Assembly: GCA_036825615.1 (NCBI GenBank) | Contig: DAISXY010000004.1 | Span: 131,695-155,694 of the forward strand | From: Chthoniobacterales bacterium | GTDB taxonomy: Bacteria; Verrucomicrobiota; Verrucomicrobiia; Chthoniobacterales; UBA10450 | Direction of reading: 5' to 3' | DNA: 24,000 nucleotides | Program-made: the position numbers and the translations under genes | The notes under the pieces: generated by a model | Seen by the model: only the letters and a program-made list of their open reading frames with translations | Told to the model about the DNA's origin: nothing | Databases searched by the model: none | Shown: one piece after another, positions 1-9,158 of the stretch | How the letters are laid out: each line of letters starts with the position of its first letter | Position numbering within the stretch: position 1 is the stretch's first letter

Positions 1-587
1 CCATCTGCATTCAGCCGCGCGAGCCCAGGCCGTGAGACTCCGTCGACGGTCACAAAACTCCCGCTGATCAGCAGCTTTCCGTCAGGTTGCAGGATGCCCC
101 TATTTATTCTCGGCGGCGAACTCTCATCGAAGTCTTCAATCAGCGGATTGTAACCCGAGTCAACGCTCCCGTCCGGATTCAGTCGCACCAGCGAGCGATG
201 GGTTTCGTCTCCGGTAACGAAACTTCCCCCGACAATGATCTTGCCGTCGGGCTGAAGACAAAGCGCTTTGAAGTAGTAGCCGGTCGTAATCACATCGACC
301 CGCAGCGCGGAGGAATCGAAGCTCGAATCGAGTGACCCGTCTGGATTCAACCGCACTAAGCCATTGGCAGGGTTGAAGCCGAAGCCATTGAAAAAGCCAC
401 CAACCAGAATCCGTCCGTCGCTTTGCAAAACCACTCCATAACCGATGCCGGAGCCAACCTCGAGCGGGCCGCGCCCGGCGTTGAAGGTCGGGTCAATCGT
501 TCCGGGCTGTGGCGCGGCGGCGGCTGAGAGGGCAATCAGCGCCATCGTCGGCCAAATCAGTCTTTCTCGCCAATGCCTGGGGTGCAT
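1..587 (-). CDS. Secreted delta-60-type beta-propeller repeat protein, N-terminal part (the gene continues beyond the window start)
   Basis: Absent from the ORF track because it runs off the window edge. My translation of the minus strand from the ATG (complement of 587-585) is MHPRHWRERLIWPTMALIALSAAAAPQPGTIDPTFNAGRGPLEVGSGIGYGVVLQSDGRILVGGFFNGFGFNPANGLVRLNPDGSLDSSFDSS..LQPDGKIIVGGSF..LVRLNPDGSVDSGYNP..LQPDGKLLISGSF..LARLNADG. It stays open to position 1. The N-terminus looks like a signal peptide. The recurring units DG(K/R)I(L/I)VGG ... RLNxDGSxD fit the delta-60 repeat pattern. Confidence 0.7.
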   Translation of the reverse strand, partial: MHPRHWRERLIWPTMALIALSAAAAPQPGTIDPTFNAGRGPLEVGSGIGYGVVLQSDGRILVGGFFNGFGFNPANGLVRLNPDGSLDSSFDSSALRVDVITTGYYFKALCLQPDGKIIVGGSFVTGDETHRSLVRLNPDGSVDSGYNPLIEDFDESSPPRINRGILQPDGKLLISGSFVTVDGVSRPGLARLNAD

Positions 588-835
588 GGTTACACGATCG
601 TGCCGGGCGAGCGACGAATTGTCAATCCCTTGCTTACGGCTGGCGCTGGTTCGGCGCATCGCTCTTTCGTTGTTCACCAGCAAACCTGGCTGGCCGCTGC
701 GCATCCGGCTCAGCCTTGGTTGCGAAATACCGGTCGTATCTTGCGCAAAACATTTGAAAACGTTCGGCAACCCAGAGGCGCAATGAAACCCGCCGCGTCT
801 CAGGCAAAGTTCGCGACGGTGGAACACCGCCGCCA

Positions 836-853
836 GCACACGTGGACGTGTGC
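836..853 (-). terminator. Short GC hairpin directly after the kbl stop codon (possible weak terminator)
   Basis: GCACACGT gg ACGTGTGC is a perfect 8-nt inverted repeat that ends 2 nt from the kbl stop codon (855-857). No U-tract follows on the minus strand, so any function is uncertain. Confidence 0.25.
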
Positions 854-854
854 G

Positions 855-2039
855 CTACCCGATCAGCTCCTTGTTCGTCTCGGCGAAAGCGTTGACCGCA
901 TGTTCCAGTTCGTCGCGGCTGTGCGCGGCGCTCACCTGGGTGCGGACGCGGGCGGTGCCGTGGGGCACGACCGGGTAAAAGAAGCCGATGACATAAACGC
1001 CTTTGTCGAGCATGCGGGCGGCAAACTTCTGTGAGAGCGCGGCGTCGCCCAGCATAATCGGGACGATCGGATGCGTCCCGGGCTTGATTGTCAGTCCTTT
1101 GCTCGTTAGGGCAGCCCGGAAAAATTTTGTGTTCTCCTCCAGTTTGTCGCGCAACTCGGTCGAGCTGGTAAGAAGCTCGAGCGCCTTGAGCGATGCGGCC
1201 ACGATCGGCGGCGCGACGCTGTTGGAAAAGAGATAGGGCCGGGAGCGCTGGCGCAGGAGCGCGACGATCTCCTTCCGTCCACTGGTGTAACCGCCGCTCG
1301 CCCCACCGAGCGCTTTGCCTAGCGTTCCCGTGATCACATCAACACGCCCTTGCACCCCGCAATACTCCGGCGTGCCGCGCCCGGTTTTGCCCATGAACCC
1401 GGCGGCGTGCGCATCGTCCACCATCACCATCGCCTCATATTTATCCGCCAGGTCGCAGATCTCTTTCAGTTTCGCGATGTAACCATCCATCGAGAAAACG
1501 CCATCGGTCGCGATGAGCCGAAAGCGCGCGTCCTTGGCCGCCTGCAATTGTTTCTCGAGATCGGCCATGTCGCAGTTCTTGTAGCGATAGCGCTGCGCTT
1601 TGCAGAGCCGGATCCCGTCGATGATCGAAGCGTGATTCAGTTCGTCCGAAATGACCGCGTCCTGTTCGCCTAACAATGTCTCAAAGAGCCCGCCATTGGC
1701 ATCGAAGCAGGAGGGATAAAGGATCGTATCCTCGGTCCCGAGAAACTTCGTCAGCGCGGCTTCCAGCTCCTTGTGAATGTCCTGGGTGCCGCAAATGAAA
1801 CGCACACTCGCCATCCCGAAGCCGTGCGAATCGAGCGCATCCTTGGCCGCCGCGATCAATGCCGGGTGGTCCGCCAGTCCGAGATAATTGTTCGCGCAGA
1901 GGTTGATCACGCGCCGGCCGTCCGCGATCGGGATCTGAGCGTTTTGCGGACCGGTAATGACGCGCTCGGTTTTGTAGAGCCCTTGCGCTTTGATTTCCTC
2001 GAGTGTGGACGTGATCTGATCGGCAACTTTCGCGAGCAT
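855..2039 (-). CDS. kbl: Glycine C-acetyltransferase (2-amino-3-ketobutyrate CoA ligase)
   Basis: This is ORF 855..2195. The homology-consistent start is the internal Met (ATG = complement of 2039-2037) with AAGGTGA about 5 nt upstream, giving 394 aa. It has PLP-dependent alpha-oxoamine synthase motifs: [37 protein letters not shown] and [14 protein letters not shown]. The 52-aa N-terminal extension in the ORF track has no kbl-like sequence. Confidence 0.9.
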   Translation of the reverse strand: MLAKVADQITSTLEEIKAQGLYKTERVITGPQNAQIPIADGRRVINLCANNYLGLADHPALIAAAKDALDSHGFGMASVRFICGTQDIHKELEAALTKFLGTEDTILYPSCFDANGGLFETLLGEQDAVISDELNHASIIDGIRLCKAQRYRYKNCDMADLEKQLQAAKDARFRLIATDGVFSMDGYIAKLKEICDLADKYEAMVMVDDAHAAGFMGKTGRGTPEYCGVQGRVDVITGTLGKALGGASGGYTSGRKEIVALLRQRSRPYLFSNSVAPPIVAASLKALELLTSSTELRDKLEENTKFFRAALTSKGLTIKPGTHPIVPIMLGDAALSQKFAARMLDKGVYVIGFFYPVVPHGTARVRTQVSAAHSRDELEHAVNAFAETNKELIG

Positions 2040-2329
2040 GGCATCACCTTCGCGAAAACGCCGCCCGCTGCCAAGCCCGCAGCCACCGGAAATTGGCTTG
2101 GGATCTTTGAGGTTGAAGACTTCTGGAAATCTGACAGCTCTGCCGGCAGCCCGGCCAAACGCGTGCAGCAGCGCGGGATGGTATACGTGACTCACGTATA
2201 TCAGCTACGACTTCTCGCCTCGACTCCTCGCGTCCGGTTGCGCGTCAGCGGTTTGGCCCACTCGAAACGGCAGGCGAGGCGTCCGGTGGCTCCACAGCCG
2301 GCGGCGGGGCGGTATTACAAGTGCGGCTG

Positions 2330-3667
2330 CTACTGGCTCAGGCTGTAGACCTCGACCAAGGCCGTGCCGGTCGTATCACTCGCTCCTCGCACGACTGCGG
2401 TGTAATTCCCAGCCGGCAGGGTGGCATAGATGGCAGACTCATTCGGATCGGTCGGCGGGATGCCAGTCGCGATGATCTGCTCTTCCTGTGAATCCTGCCA
2501 ATCATCATTCGAAGCGATGAGTGCTCCGCTGGAGTTATGTAACTCGAGAGCTGGATCGGCCAGCGGGTTATTCACTCCGGCCTGACTTAGCGAAGGCCCA
2601 ATTGCCCGCACCAACACCGCGTTGTTGGCCAAGCCATTCCCTCCAACAATGAAGCCACCGATCAGCACATCATTCCCGGTCCCAACCAATCCTCGCGCGC
2701 TGATGTTGCGGAGCTTTTCCGCGACCGGTTCGAAGGCGAGATAAGTCGGCTGGGTCAATCCAGACGCGAAAGTCGTCCTGGACGCGTCGGGTGTGAATTT
2801 GAGGATCGAGCCGCTGCCACCATCGGTTTCGAACAGGTTACCTGCGCTGTCGAAGGCCAACCCAAAGGGATCATTCAAACCAGTAACGAATGTTCTGTCC
2901 GGCACGGTGCACTCAACCGGACCAGGCGGTGCCAGACAACCGGGAATCACAATCGAATCATTATCACCATTGGCCACGACAAATAGAGCCCCTGCGTCAC
3001 TGAACGCCATGCCGGGCCCACCGGACGAAACGAGGAGTGTTCCGGCACCGGTGGAATCGAACACCAGGAGGCTGCCTGAAATGTTGGTCAGGCCTTGACT
3101 CGCAGCGTAGAGGCCGCCGCCGAAATCGAACGCCAGGTTAACAAGATGATAAGTATCTGCGGCGAACGTGCTCTTCGTCCCACTAACATCGAATTTGTAG
3201 ATAACTCCGCATCCGACATCGCTCCCGCAGATGACATCGGTCACAAAGAGATTGCCGCTGTTATCGAACGCCAAGCCGGCCGGACTAGCTAGCTCCGAAG
3301 CGAAAGTGCTTCGTGTTCCATCCGGGGCAAATTTGAGGATTGAACCAGTCGCGCTTTCCACGACAAAGAGATTGCCGGTGCGGTCGAAGGCGAGGCCAGC
3401 CGGCTGATCCAGCCCGGATGCGAACGTGCTTTTCGTTCCGTCGGGAGTGAACTTCAAAATCGCACCGGTGCTGCCGTCGACGACGTAAAGATCGCACGGC
3501 GCAGATAGCGCCGGTGCGGCCATAAGCAGTCCTAAGACTGCGGCGCCGGCGAGCAAAAGGGGTGTGGATCGTTTTATCCGCGTTCCAGGATCAAGCGGCT
3601 GTGTGTCTCTGGATTTTCCACACCGGTCAAACTGAGCCCAAGAGGGAAACGCTCTCATGGGCAGCAT
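2330..3667 (-). CDS. Secreted six-bladed NHL-repeat beta-propeller protein with a C-terminal pre-peptidase (PPC)-like domain
   Basis: 445-aa ORF. The signal peptide is ..RSTPLLLAGAAVLGLLMAAPALSA. There are six repeats of about 40 aa of the type GSILKF(T/A)PDGT(K/R)STFASGLxxPAGLAFDxxGNLFV. The C-terminus LELHNSSGALIASNDDW...LPAGNYTAVVRG resembles PPC-type domains. The start (3667 or 3658) is uncertain. Confidence 0.8.
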   Translation of the reverse strand: MLPMRAFPSWAQFDRCGKSRDTQPLDPGTRIKRSTPLLLAGAAVLGLLMAAPALSAPCDLYVVDGSTGAILKFTPDGTKSTFASGLDQPAGLAFDRTGNLFVVESATGSILKFAPDGTRSTFASELASPAGLAFDNSGNLFVTDVICGSDVGCGVIYKFDVSGTKSTFAADTYHLVNLAFDFGGGLYAASQGLTNISGSLLVFDSTGAGTLLVSSGGPGMAFSDAGALFVVANGDNDSIVIPGCLAPPGPVECTVPDRTFVTGLNDPFGLAFDSAGNLFETDGGSGSILKFTPDASRTTFASGLTQPTYLAFEPVAEKLRNISARGLVGTGNDVLIGGFIVGGNGLANNAVLVRAIGPSLSQAGVNNPLADPALELHNSSGALIASNDDWQDSQEEQIIATGIPPTDPNESAIYATLPAGNYTAVVRGASDTTGTALVEVYSLSQ

Positions 3668-3801
3668 TGGGTCAAGAGGCGAACCTTAGGGCAAGCACAT
3701 TTTCCAGCCCTTTCGGATCCCACAGGATAATGTTCTTGCATCCTTACTCTAAAACTCCGCTTGCCGGGATTGTGAATAACTGCTACTAACTCCACGACTC
3801 A

Positions 3802-4461
3802 GTGGGAATGCGCACCTGCCTTAGCCTGCTTCTCGCCGTCGTCGCCTTCTCGTTAGGCGCGTGCACCACCAGTCGCCCTCTGCCCCCCTACGAGCCGCCG
3901 CTCGCCCGCACCGGTTTCCAAAACGTCCGCACCACCGCTTACACCGATAGCGAAAGCGACCACCGCGAGTACGGCAATCGCACCGCGCTCGGCAGCGTCC
4001 TGCATGCGGCGCCGGTGCCGAATGTGCCACGCGCTATCCCGGTTACGGAAAATGGTCGCCGCCGTCGGGGCAGTTCTTATCAAACCGTGGCCTACGTTAG
4101 TCGTTTGCAGCCGTTCCGCGGACCTGGGAACGATGCGCCGCCACAACTCTACGGGAGCGCGGCGGCGGATTGGTCGCGCTGGCCCGCGGGCACCATTTTT
4201 CGCATCGTCTCGACCGGCCAGCTCTACCGGGTCGAGGATTACGGCTGGGCGCTCGCCGGCCGGAACACGATCGATCTTTATATGGCGACGCCGCAGGCAA
4301 TGAATGGCTGGGGCGTGCGCCAGGAGTTGATCGAGATCGTGCAATGGGGCGACCCGGCGGAAAGTCTGCGCCGGCTCGCGCCGCACACGAAGTATCGCCA
4401 CATCAAGCGGATGGTGCTCGAGCTCGAGGGGAATCAGCGCGCCGCGGCCAGGCTCGATTGA
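3802..4461 (+). CDS. 3D-domain (MltA/RlpA-like) lipoprotein
   Basis: 219-aa ORF starting at GTG 3802 or ATG 3808. The N-terminus MRTCLSLLLAVVAFSLGAC has a lipobox. The C-terminal AADWSRWPAGTIFRIVSTGQLYRVEDYGWALAGRNTIDLYM fits the 3D-domain pattern (conserved Asp residues, xDxGxAIxGxxIDLY-like). Confidence 0.75.
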   Translation: MGMRTCLSLLLAVVAFSLGACTTSRPLPPYEPPLARTGFQNVRTTAYTDSESDHREYGNRTALGSVLHAAPVPNVPRAIPVTENGRRRRGSSYQTVAYVSRLQPFRGPGNDAPPQLYGSAAADWSRWPAGTIFRIVSTGQLYRVEDYGWALAGRNTIDLYMATPQAMNGWGVRQELIEIVQWGDPAESLRRLAPHTKYRHIKRMVLELEGNQRAAARLD

Positions 4462-4475
4462 AGGCTCGGGGGCCG

Positions 4476-4494
4476 GTGAATCGTAACGATTCAC
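4476..4494. promoter_or_regulatory. 19-bp perfect palindrome GTGAATCGT-A-ACGATTCAC (candidate operator or weak hairpin)
   Basis: It has 9-nt perfect arms around a single central base. It lies 15 nt after the stop of the 3D-domain gene and 60 nt upstream of the peptidase-MA gene start. It is followed by a direct CGATTC repeat (aacgattcacgattcc). Confidence 0.35.
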
Positions 4495-4553
4495 GATTCC
4501 CGATGTAACCATTCTCTCCCCTTTCTCGCACGGTTGTAGCTCCTCCTCAGCGG

Positions 4554-5459
4554 ATGTTTCTCTGCCGGTGTGCGCTTGTTATCTCCGCGATTGTTATCAC
4601 ACTCACGTCAGCCGTAGCCCAACTTGGCAGCCTCCCGGAAGTTGAATTCTCCAGCCTGAGCCAGAGCGATCCGAACCCGCTCGGCGCCCGCGCCCTTGCC
4701 ATCCGGCCCGAGGAATGGAAACACGCCGAGACCGATCATTTCATCTACCATTTCTTTCACGGCTACGTGGCGACGCCGATCTCGGTTGAAGCGGAGTTCT
4801 ATTACCGCGTGATCGTGAAAGAGCTGGAGCGCGATCCCCCGGGCGGTGACACGAAATCGCACATCTACATTTTCGAGAAGCCGGAAGACTGGCGCGCATT
4901 TCAAAAACTGGGACAGCTCGAGCCGTGGACGGGTGGGATTCATTCCATGGGCACCCTCTTCATTCAGCGCAACCCGGCTTACCGGTTTTCAAGCAGCCTC
5001 CTCGGGCACGAGATCGCGCACCTCATCATGCATCGTTATTACCCGGACGGGATTCCGCGCTGGCTCGACGAAGGCTTTGCCCAATATGTCGCGAGCAACG
5101 CTCACGCCAGCTATCGCCGGGCCCGCGGCTACATTGCCAAACCCCACTCCTCCTCGATTCCGCCGGAAAAGCTTTTCCCAATTCAAACCCTCGTCGCGAT
5201 GGTGGATTATCCGACCGAAGACGAGAAGGTGACGGCCTTCTATCGCGAATCGGAGCGCCTGGTGCGCTTCCTCGCCGCGACGGATAAGTCCAGCTTTCTC
5301 GGGTTGCTCGATGCTCTCAGCCGTCATCAGCCGTTCGAGCGGATGCTGCTCACCTATTACTCCGGGAAATTCGCCAGTCTGGCCGGGCTCGACTCCGCTT
5401 TCCGTGATTATGCAGCGAATGAATTCGCGATCGCCAACGGAAGCGAGCCGGCGGATTGA
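4554..5459 (+). CDS. Secreted peptidase MA-like (gluzincin, HExxH...E) metalloprotease
   Basis: 301-aa ORF with signal peptide MFLCRCALVISAIVITLTSAVAQ. The zinc motif LLGHEIAHLIMH is followed by RWLDEGFAQYV, which matches the Peptidase_MA_2-type arrangement. Confidence 0.75.
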   Translation: MFLCRCALVISAIVITLTSAVAQLGSLPEVEFSSLSQSDPNPLGARALAIRPEEWKHAETDHFIYHFFHGYVATPISVEAEFYYRVIVKELERDPPGGDTKSHIYIFEKPEDWRAFQKLGQLEPWTGGIHSMGTLFIQRNPAYRFSSSLLGHEIAHLIMHRYYPDGIPRWLDEGFAQYVASNAHASYRRARGYIAKPHSSSIPPEKLFPIQTLVAMVDYPTEDEKVTAFYRESERLVRFLAATDKSSFLGLLDALSRHQPFERMLLTYYSGKFASLAGLDSAFRDYAANEFAIANGSEPAD

Positions 5460-5529
5460 CCCGGCTCATTTTCTTCAACTACGGCGCGCCCGCGTTGCCC
5501 CCGCGCCCGAAAGCTCCATCTTTGAAAGC

Positions 5530-7992
5530 ATGGCGAGAGGGCTGGAGATCAACCTGGTCATTCCCGATCTCTGGCAACAGGAGGCGGTGCGCGCCTTGCA
5601 GAGCGGCAAGGACGTGGTGGTGCACGCGCCTACCGGCGCAGGTAAGACTTACATTTTCGAGCTGCTTTACCCATCGCACAAAGACCAGGCCGTTTTCACC
5701 GTTCCGACCCGCGCCCTGGCCAATGATAAACTCGCGGAATGGCGCGCCCGCGGCTGGGACGTGGGAATCGCGACCGGCGACCTGGCGTTTAATCTCGATG
5801 CCAAAGTGGTCGTCGCCACACTCGAGACGCAGCGCCGTCGATTCCTCCGGCGAGAAGGTCCGCGCCTGCTCGTAGTGGATGAATACCAGCTTATCGCCGA
5901 TCCGGTGCGCGGGGTGCATTACGAGCTGGCGCTTGCCCTCGCGCCGCCCGCGACGCAATTGCTTCTCCTCAGCGGGAGCGTGAACAATCCGCAGGACGTG
6001 GTCGAATGGCTGCGGCGGAACGGCCGCGATGCTTTACTCGTTAGGCACGACGAACGACCGGTGCCACAGCACGAGATCGACCTGCGCAGCTTGCCCGACG
6101 CCGGCTTTGCCCGCACCCGCGACTTCTGGCCGCGGATGGTCGGCCGCGCGCTCCACGCCGGCCTCGCGCCCATTCTCGTCTTCGCGCCGCGCCGGAACGC
6201 GACCGAAGAAATGGCGCAGGCGATCGCCAGCGTCATCCCAGTGCGGGACCCGCTTCCACTTTCGCCCGAGCAGGAAGCGCTCGCCGGCAAGCGGCTGACC
6301 AAGCTCTTACGCAACCGTGTCGCTTATCATCACAGTGGTCTGAGCTACGCCGTCCGTGCCGGTCTGATCGAGCCGCTGGCAAAAAACGGCCAGCTCAATG
6401 TCGTCGTCGCGACCATGGGCCTGGCCGCCGGTATCAACTTTTCCATGCGTTCGGTGATCGTGACCGACACGCGTTATTTTTCCGGGAACTTCGAGCATCG
6501 CGTCGACCCCGATGAATTGCTGCAAATGTTCGGCCGGGCCGGTCGGCGCGGGCTCGATGACACCGGCTTCGTGCTCTTCACCCCCGACACGCCGCGGCTC
6601 AGCTTCGCGCGACCGCGGCAATTGAAGCGCGCGACGCAGGTCGATTGGCCGAGTCTCATCAGCGTGATGGCGGCTGTCGCCGAACCAGGCGTTGTAGCCG
6701 GGGGCGCTGACCCCGGCAGCTGCAACGCGCACGAATCAGCCGGCGTCACCGCCGCCGGCTACAGCGCGGCGGTCGAGCTGAGCCGCTCGCTCTTCAGCGT
6801 GCAAAAGGTGCCGCTCGGAGTCGAGCATTCGCTCGCGACTGGACCGATGCCCTGCGGTTTGTGGGTTGACGCCGAGCGCGCGCGATTCGTCAGGCGTCCG
6901 ATCATCGAAATCCTCAACAGCCGGAACGAATGGGAACCGCGCGGCGAGAAAATCGAGGCGTCGTTAGGCGACATTCTCCTGCGCGAGAACGAGCGTTGGG
7001 TTCGCGCGCTGCGGCAGGCGAAAACCCTCGAGCGATTCCCGGTCGGAAACCTCTGCCGGCTGCGCGAGAAAAAGATTTATGGGCGCGAGATCCCCCTCGC
7101 CACCAGCGTACCGGGCAAAAACAACCTGCAACTGGTCAAACCGCTGAGGAAAATTCTTGCCACAAGGTTTATCAGCGAAGCGGACCTGATCGCGAGCGCT
7201 CAGGCTCAGATGCCGCAGTGGAGCGGCGGCGGAACCCTCGACGAAATCGTCCGCCGCGGACACCTCGTCTCGGCGCGGATCGACTTTTCGGAAGTGAAAC
7301 TGCCAGCGTTTCGTGATTCGTTAGGTAAAGCCCTCCTCGATCCACCGCAACGGGAAGCGCTGCCGCTGCCTTGCCGCGGCTGTCCGCAATTGGAACACGA
7401 TCAGACGGTCGAAATCGTCGTCTCGCCCGCTTATGCCTGGCGCCGGCTCGGCCTCGTCGAACCCGACGGCACGCCGACCCGGCGCGGGGTCGTCTTCGGA
7501 TTTTTCCAAGCCGGCGAAGGTCTGGCGATCGCGGCTGCGCTCGAGGATGAAACTTATCCAATTGAAGATCTGGTTTTCGATCTCGCCAACCTGCGGGCCG
7601 GTCCGCGTTTCGCGGGCGATGATTCACCGCTTGGCGGCCGGCTCGCGGCACTTTGTCAGACGGTCTACCAGCGTGCGGATCATTCCGGTTATCTGGTGAT
7701 GGGCGTGCCGGTGCACTACGGCGCGGGCGCGTCGGAGGTGGTGCGCGAGCTGGTGGAAAATCCAGGCGCTCGTTATCGGATCACTTCCGAATTCCTCCGC
7801 CACGGCGACATCGAGCGCGCCCTGATGGAATGGCGCAGCCTGCTCCGGCACACCGCCGCCGCGCCCGACCTGGATTGGCCGCGCTGGCGTGAGTTGAAAA
7901 CGCGGGCCGGGGAATTGTTAGGCAAAACCGCTTCACCGACGACACTCGATTTCCCGCCGCTGCTCGCCGCCCAACAGCGCCGCCTCGCCTGA
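5530..7992 (+). CDS. SF2 DEAD/DEAH-box helicase, Ski2/HelY-like, with a long uncharacterised C-terminal region
   Basis: This is ORF 5311..7992. The first 73 codons overlap the peptidase gene in another frame, so I chose ATG 5530 (MARGLEINLVIPDLWQQEAV), giving 820 aa. The helicase motifs present are HAPTGAGKT (I), VVDEYQ (II), SGS (III), VATMGLAAGINFSMRSVIV and QMFGRAGRRG (VI). Confidence 0.85.
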   Translation: MARGLEINLVIPDLWQQEAVRALQSGKDVVVHAPTGAGKTYIFELLYPSHKDQAVFTVPTRALANDKLAEWRARGWDVGIATGDLAFNLDAKVVVATLETQRRRFLRREGPRLLVVDEYQLIADPVRGVHYELALALAPPATQLLLLSGSVNNPQDVVEWLRRNGRDALLVRHDERPVPQHEIDLRSLPDAGFARTRDFWPRMVGRALHAGLAPILVFAPRRNATEEMAQAIASVIPVRDPLPLSPEQEALAGKRLTKLLRNRVAYHHSGLSYAVRAGLIEPLAKNGQLNVVVATMGLAAGINFSMRSVIVTDTRYFSGNFEHRVDPDELLQMFGRAGRRGLDDTGFVLFTPDTPRLSFARPRQLKRATQVDWPSLISVMAAVAEPGVVAGGADPGSCNAHESAGVTAAGYSAAVELSRSLFSVQKVPLGVEHSLATGPMPCGLWVDAERARFVRRPIIEILNSRNEWEPRGEKIEASLGDILLRENERWVRALRQAKTLERFPVGNLCRLREKKIYGREIPLATSVPGKNNLQLVKPLRKILATRFISEADLIASAQAQMPQWSGGGTLDEIVRRGHLVSARIDFSEVKLPAFRDSLGKALLDPPQREALPLPCRGCPQLEHDQTVEIVVSPAYAWRRLGLVEPDGTPTRRGVVFGFFQAGEGLAIAAALEDETYPIEDLVFDLANLRAGPRFAGDDSPLGGRLAALCQTVYQRADHSGYLVMGVPVHYGAGASEVVRELVENPGARYRITSEFLRHGDIERALMEWRSLLRHTAAAPDLDWPRWRELKTRAGELLGKTASPTTLDFPPLLAAQQRRLA

Positions 7993-8006
7993 ACCCCGGT
8001 GCTTGC

Positions 8007-8093
8007 TTCTCCTGCTCCTGCTCATGATCGTGCTCGTAATCGGTCTTCAGTCTTCCCCGAGCACGGTTACGATCATGAGCAGGAGCACGAGAA
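8007..8093 (+). promoter_or_regulatory. Long hairpin that sequesters the aguA Shine-Dalgarno sequence (anti-SD/SD stem; alternatively the helicase terminator)
   Basis: The left arm 8007-8031 is TTCTCCTGCTCCTGCTCATGATCGT and the right arm 8069-8093 is ACGATCATGAGCAGGAGCACGAGAA. They pair at 24 of 25 positions, with one C-C mismatch at 8012/8088. An inner helix forms between 8032-8036 and 8058-8062. AGGAG (8081-8085) lies inside the right arm and the stem ends 1 nt before ATG 8094. There is no U-tract. Confidence 0.5.
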
Positions 8094-9158
8094 ATGAGCG
8101 CTAAGATCATGCCCCGCGACAAGACACCGTCGGCCCTCGGCTATCGCATGCCGGCGGAATGGGAGCCGCACGCCGCCACCTGGCTCTCCTGGCCGCGCCG
8201 GGAAGGGATCAGTTTTCCCGATTCCTATGATCGCGTCCTGCCGGTTTTGCGGACGATGGTCGCGGCCCTGCTCGAGTCGGAGCCGGTCAACATCAACGTC
8301 TGCAACGGCGCGCACGAAGCGGAGGCGCGCAGCGCACTGGAGGGATTGCCTTACGAGCGATTGACTTTTCACCTGATTCCGACCGACGAGCCGTGGTGCC
8401 GCGATCACGGCCCGATCTTTCTCACCCGCAGAGAGGAGCCGCGGCTCGCGGTGGTGGACTGGGATTACAATGCGTGGGGTGGGAAGTATCCGCCCTATGC
8501 GCTCGACGATGCCGTGCCCACGCGTGTCGCGGAGAAGCTCGGGTTGCCGGTTTTTTATCCGCGGATGATTTTGGAAGGCGGCTCAATCGACGTGAATGGC
8601 ACCGGCGCTTTGCTCACGACCGAAAGCTGCCTCCTTAATCCCAATCGCAATCCGCAACTCTCGCGCGAAGAAATCGCGCAGCGGCTGCGCGACTTCCTCG
8701 GGGTGCAGGAGATCCTCTGGTTAGGCGACGGGATCGAAGGGGACGATACCGACGGGCATATCGATGACCTGACCCGTTTCATCAGTGAGCGCGCGGTTGT
8801 CACGGTGGTGGAAGTCGATCCGAGCGACGCGAATTACGGGCCGCTGCGGGACAATCTCGAACGTCTGCGTGGCCTCAGGATAGGTGGTGAGTCGCTCGAA
8901 ATCGCGGCGCTTCCCATGCCAGGAAAGATCGTGCGGGAAGATCTTCGCCTGCCCGCGAGCTACGCCAATTTCTACATCGCGAACCAATGCGTGCTCCTGC
9001 CGACATTTGATGATCCGAACGACAGCAAGGCGATCGAGGTCTTGCAGGCGCTTTTCCCGACCCGCCGGATCGTCGCAATTGACAGCCGCGAACTGATCTG
9101 GGGACTGGGCGCGTTTCACTGCCTGACCCAGCAACAGCCCGCGATCATGACCCGATGA
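8094..9158 (+). CDS. aguA: Agmatine deiminase
   Basis: 354-aa ORF with family motifs YRMPAEWEPHAATWLSWP, EPWCRDHGPIF and DGHIDDLTRF, and the catalytic Cys in GAFHCLTQQQP. AGGAG sits 8 nt upstream of the ATG. Confidence 0.9.
   Translation: MSAKIMPRDKTPSALGYRMPAEWEPHAATWLSWPRREGISFPDSYDRVLPVLRTMVAALLESEPVNINVCNGAHEAEARSALEGLPYERLTFHLIPTDEPWCRDHGPIFLTRREEPRLAVVDWDYNAWGGKYPPYALDDAVPTRVAEKLGLPVFYPRMILEGGSIDVNGTGALLTTESCLLNPNRNPQLSREEIAQRLRDFLGVQEILWLGDGIEGDDTDGHIDDLTRFISERAVVTVVEVDPSDANYGPLRDNLERLRGLRIGGESLEIAALPMPGKIVREDLRLPASYANFYIANQCVLLPTFDDPNDSKAIEVLQALFPTRRIVAIDSRELIWGLGAFHCLTQQQPAIMTR

Noticed and set aside
2040-2195. N-terminal extensions in the ORF track for kbl (to 2195), the helicase (from 5311), arsM (to 16666), mntR (to 17405), the M50 protease (to 23420) and arsS (to 13992)
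   Set aside because: The extensions lack family-like sequence and overlap upstream genes, or fall before better SD/start combinations. I used the internal starts instead. These remain predictions only.
8024-8104. A 26-codon upstream ORF (MIVLVIGLQSSPSTVTIMSRSTRNER) running through the aguA leader hairpin
   Set aside because: It has no Shine-Dalgarno sequence, and its peptide is simply the translation of the two palindrome arms. I mention it under the hairpin finding only as a possibility.
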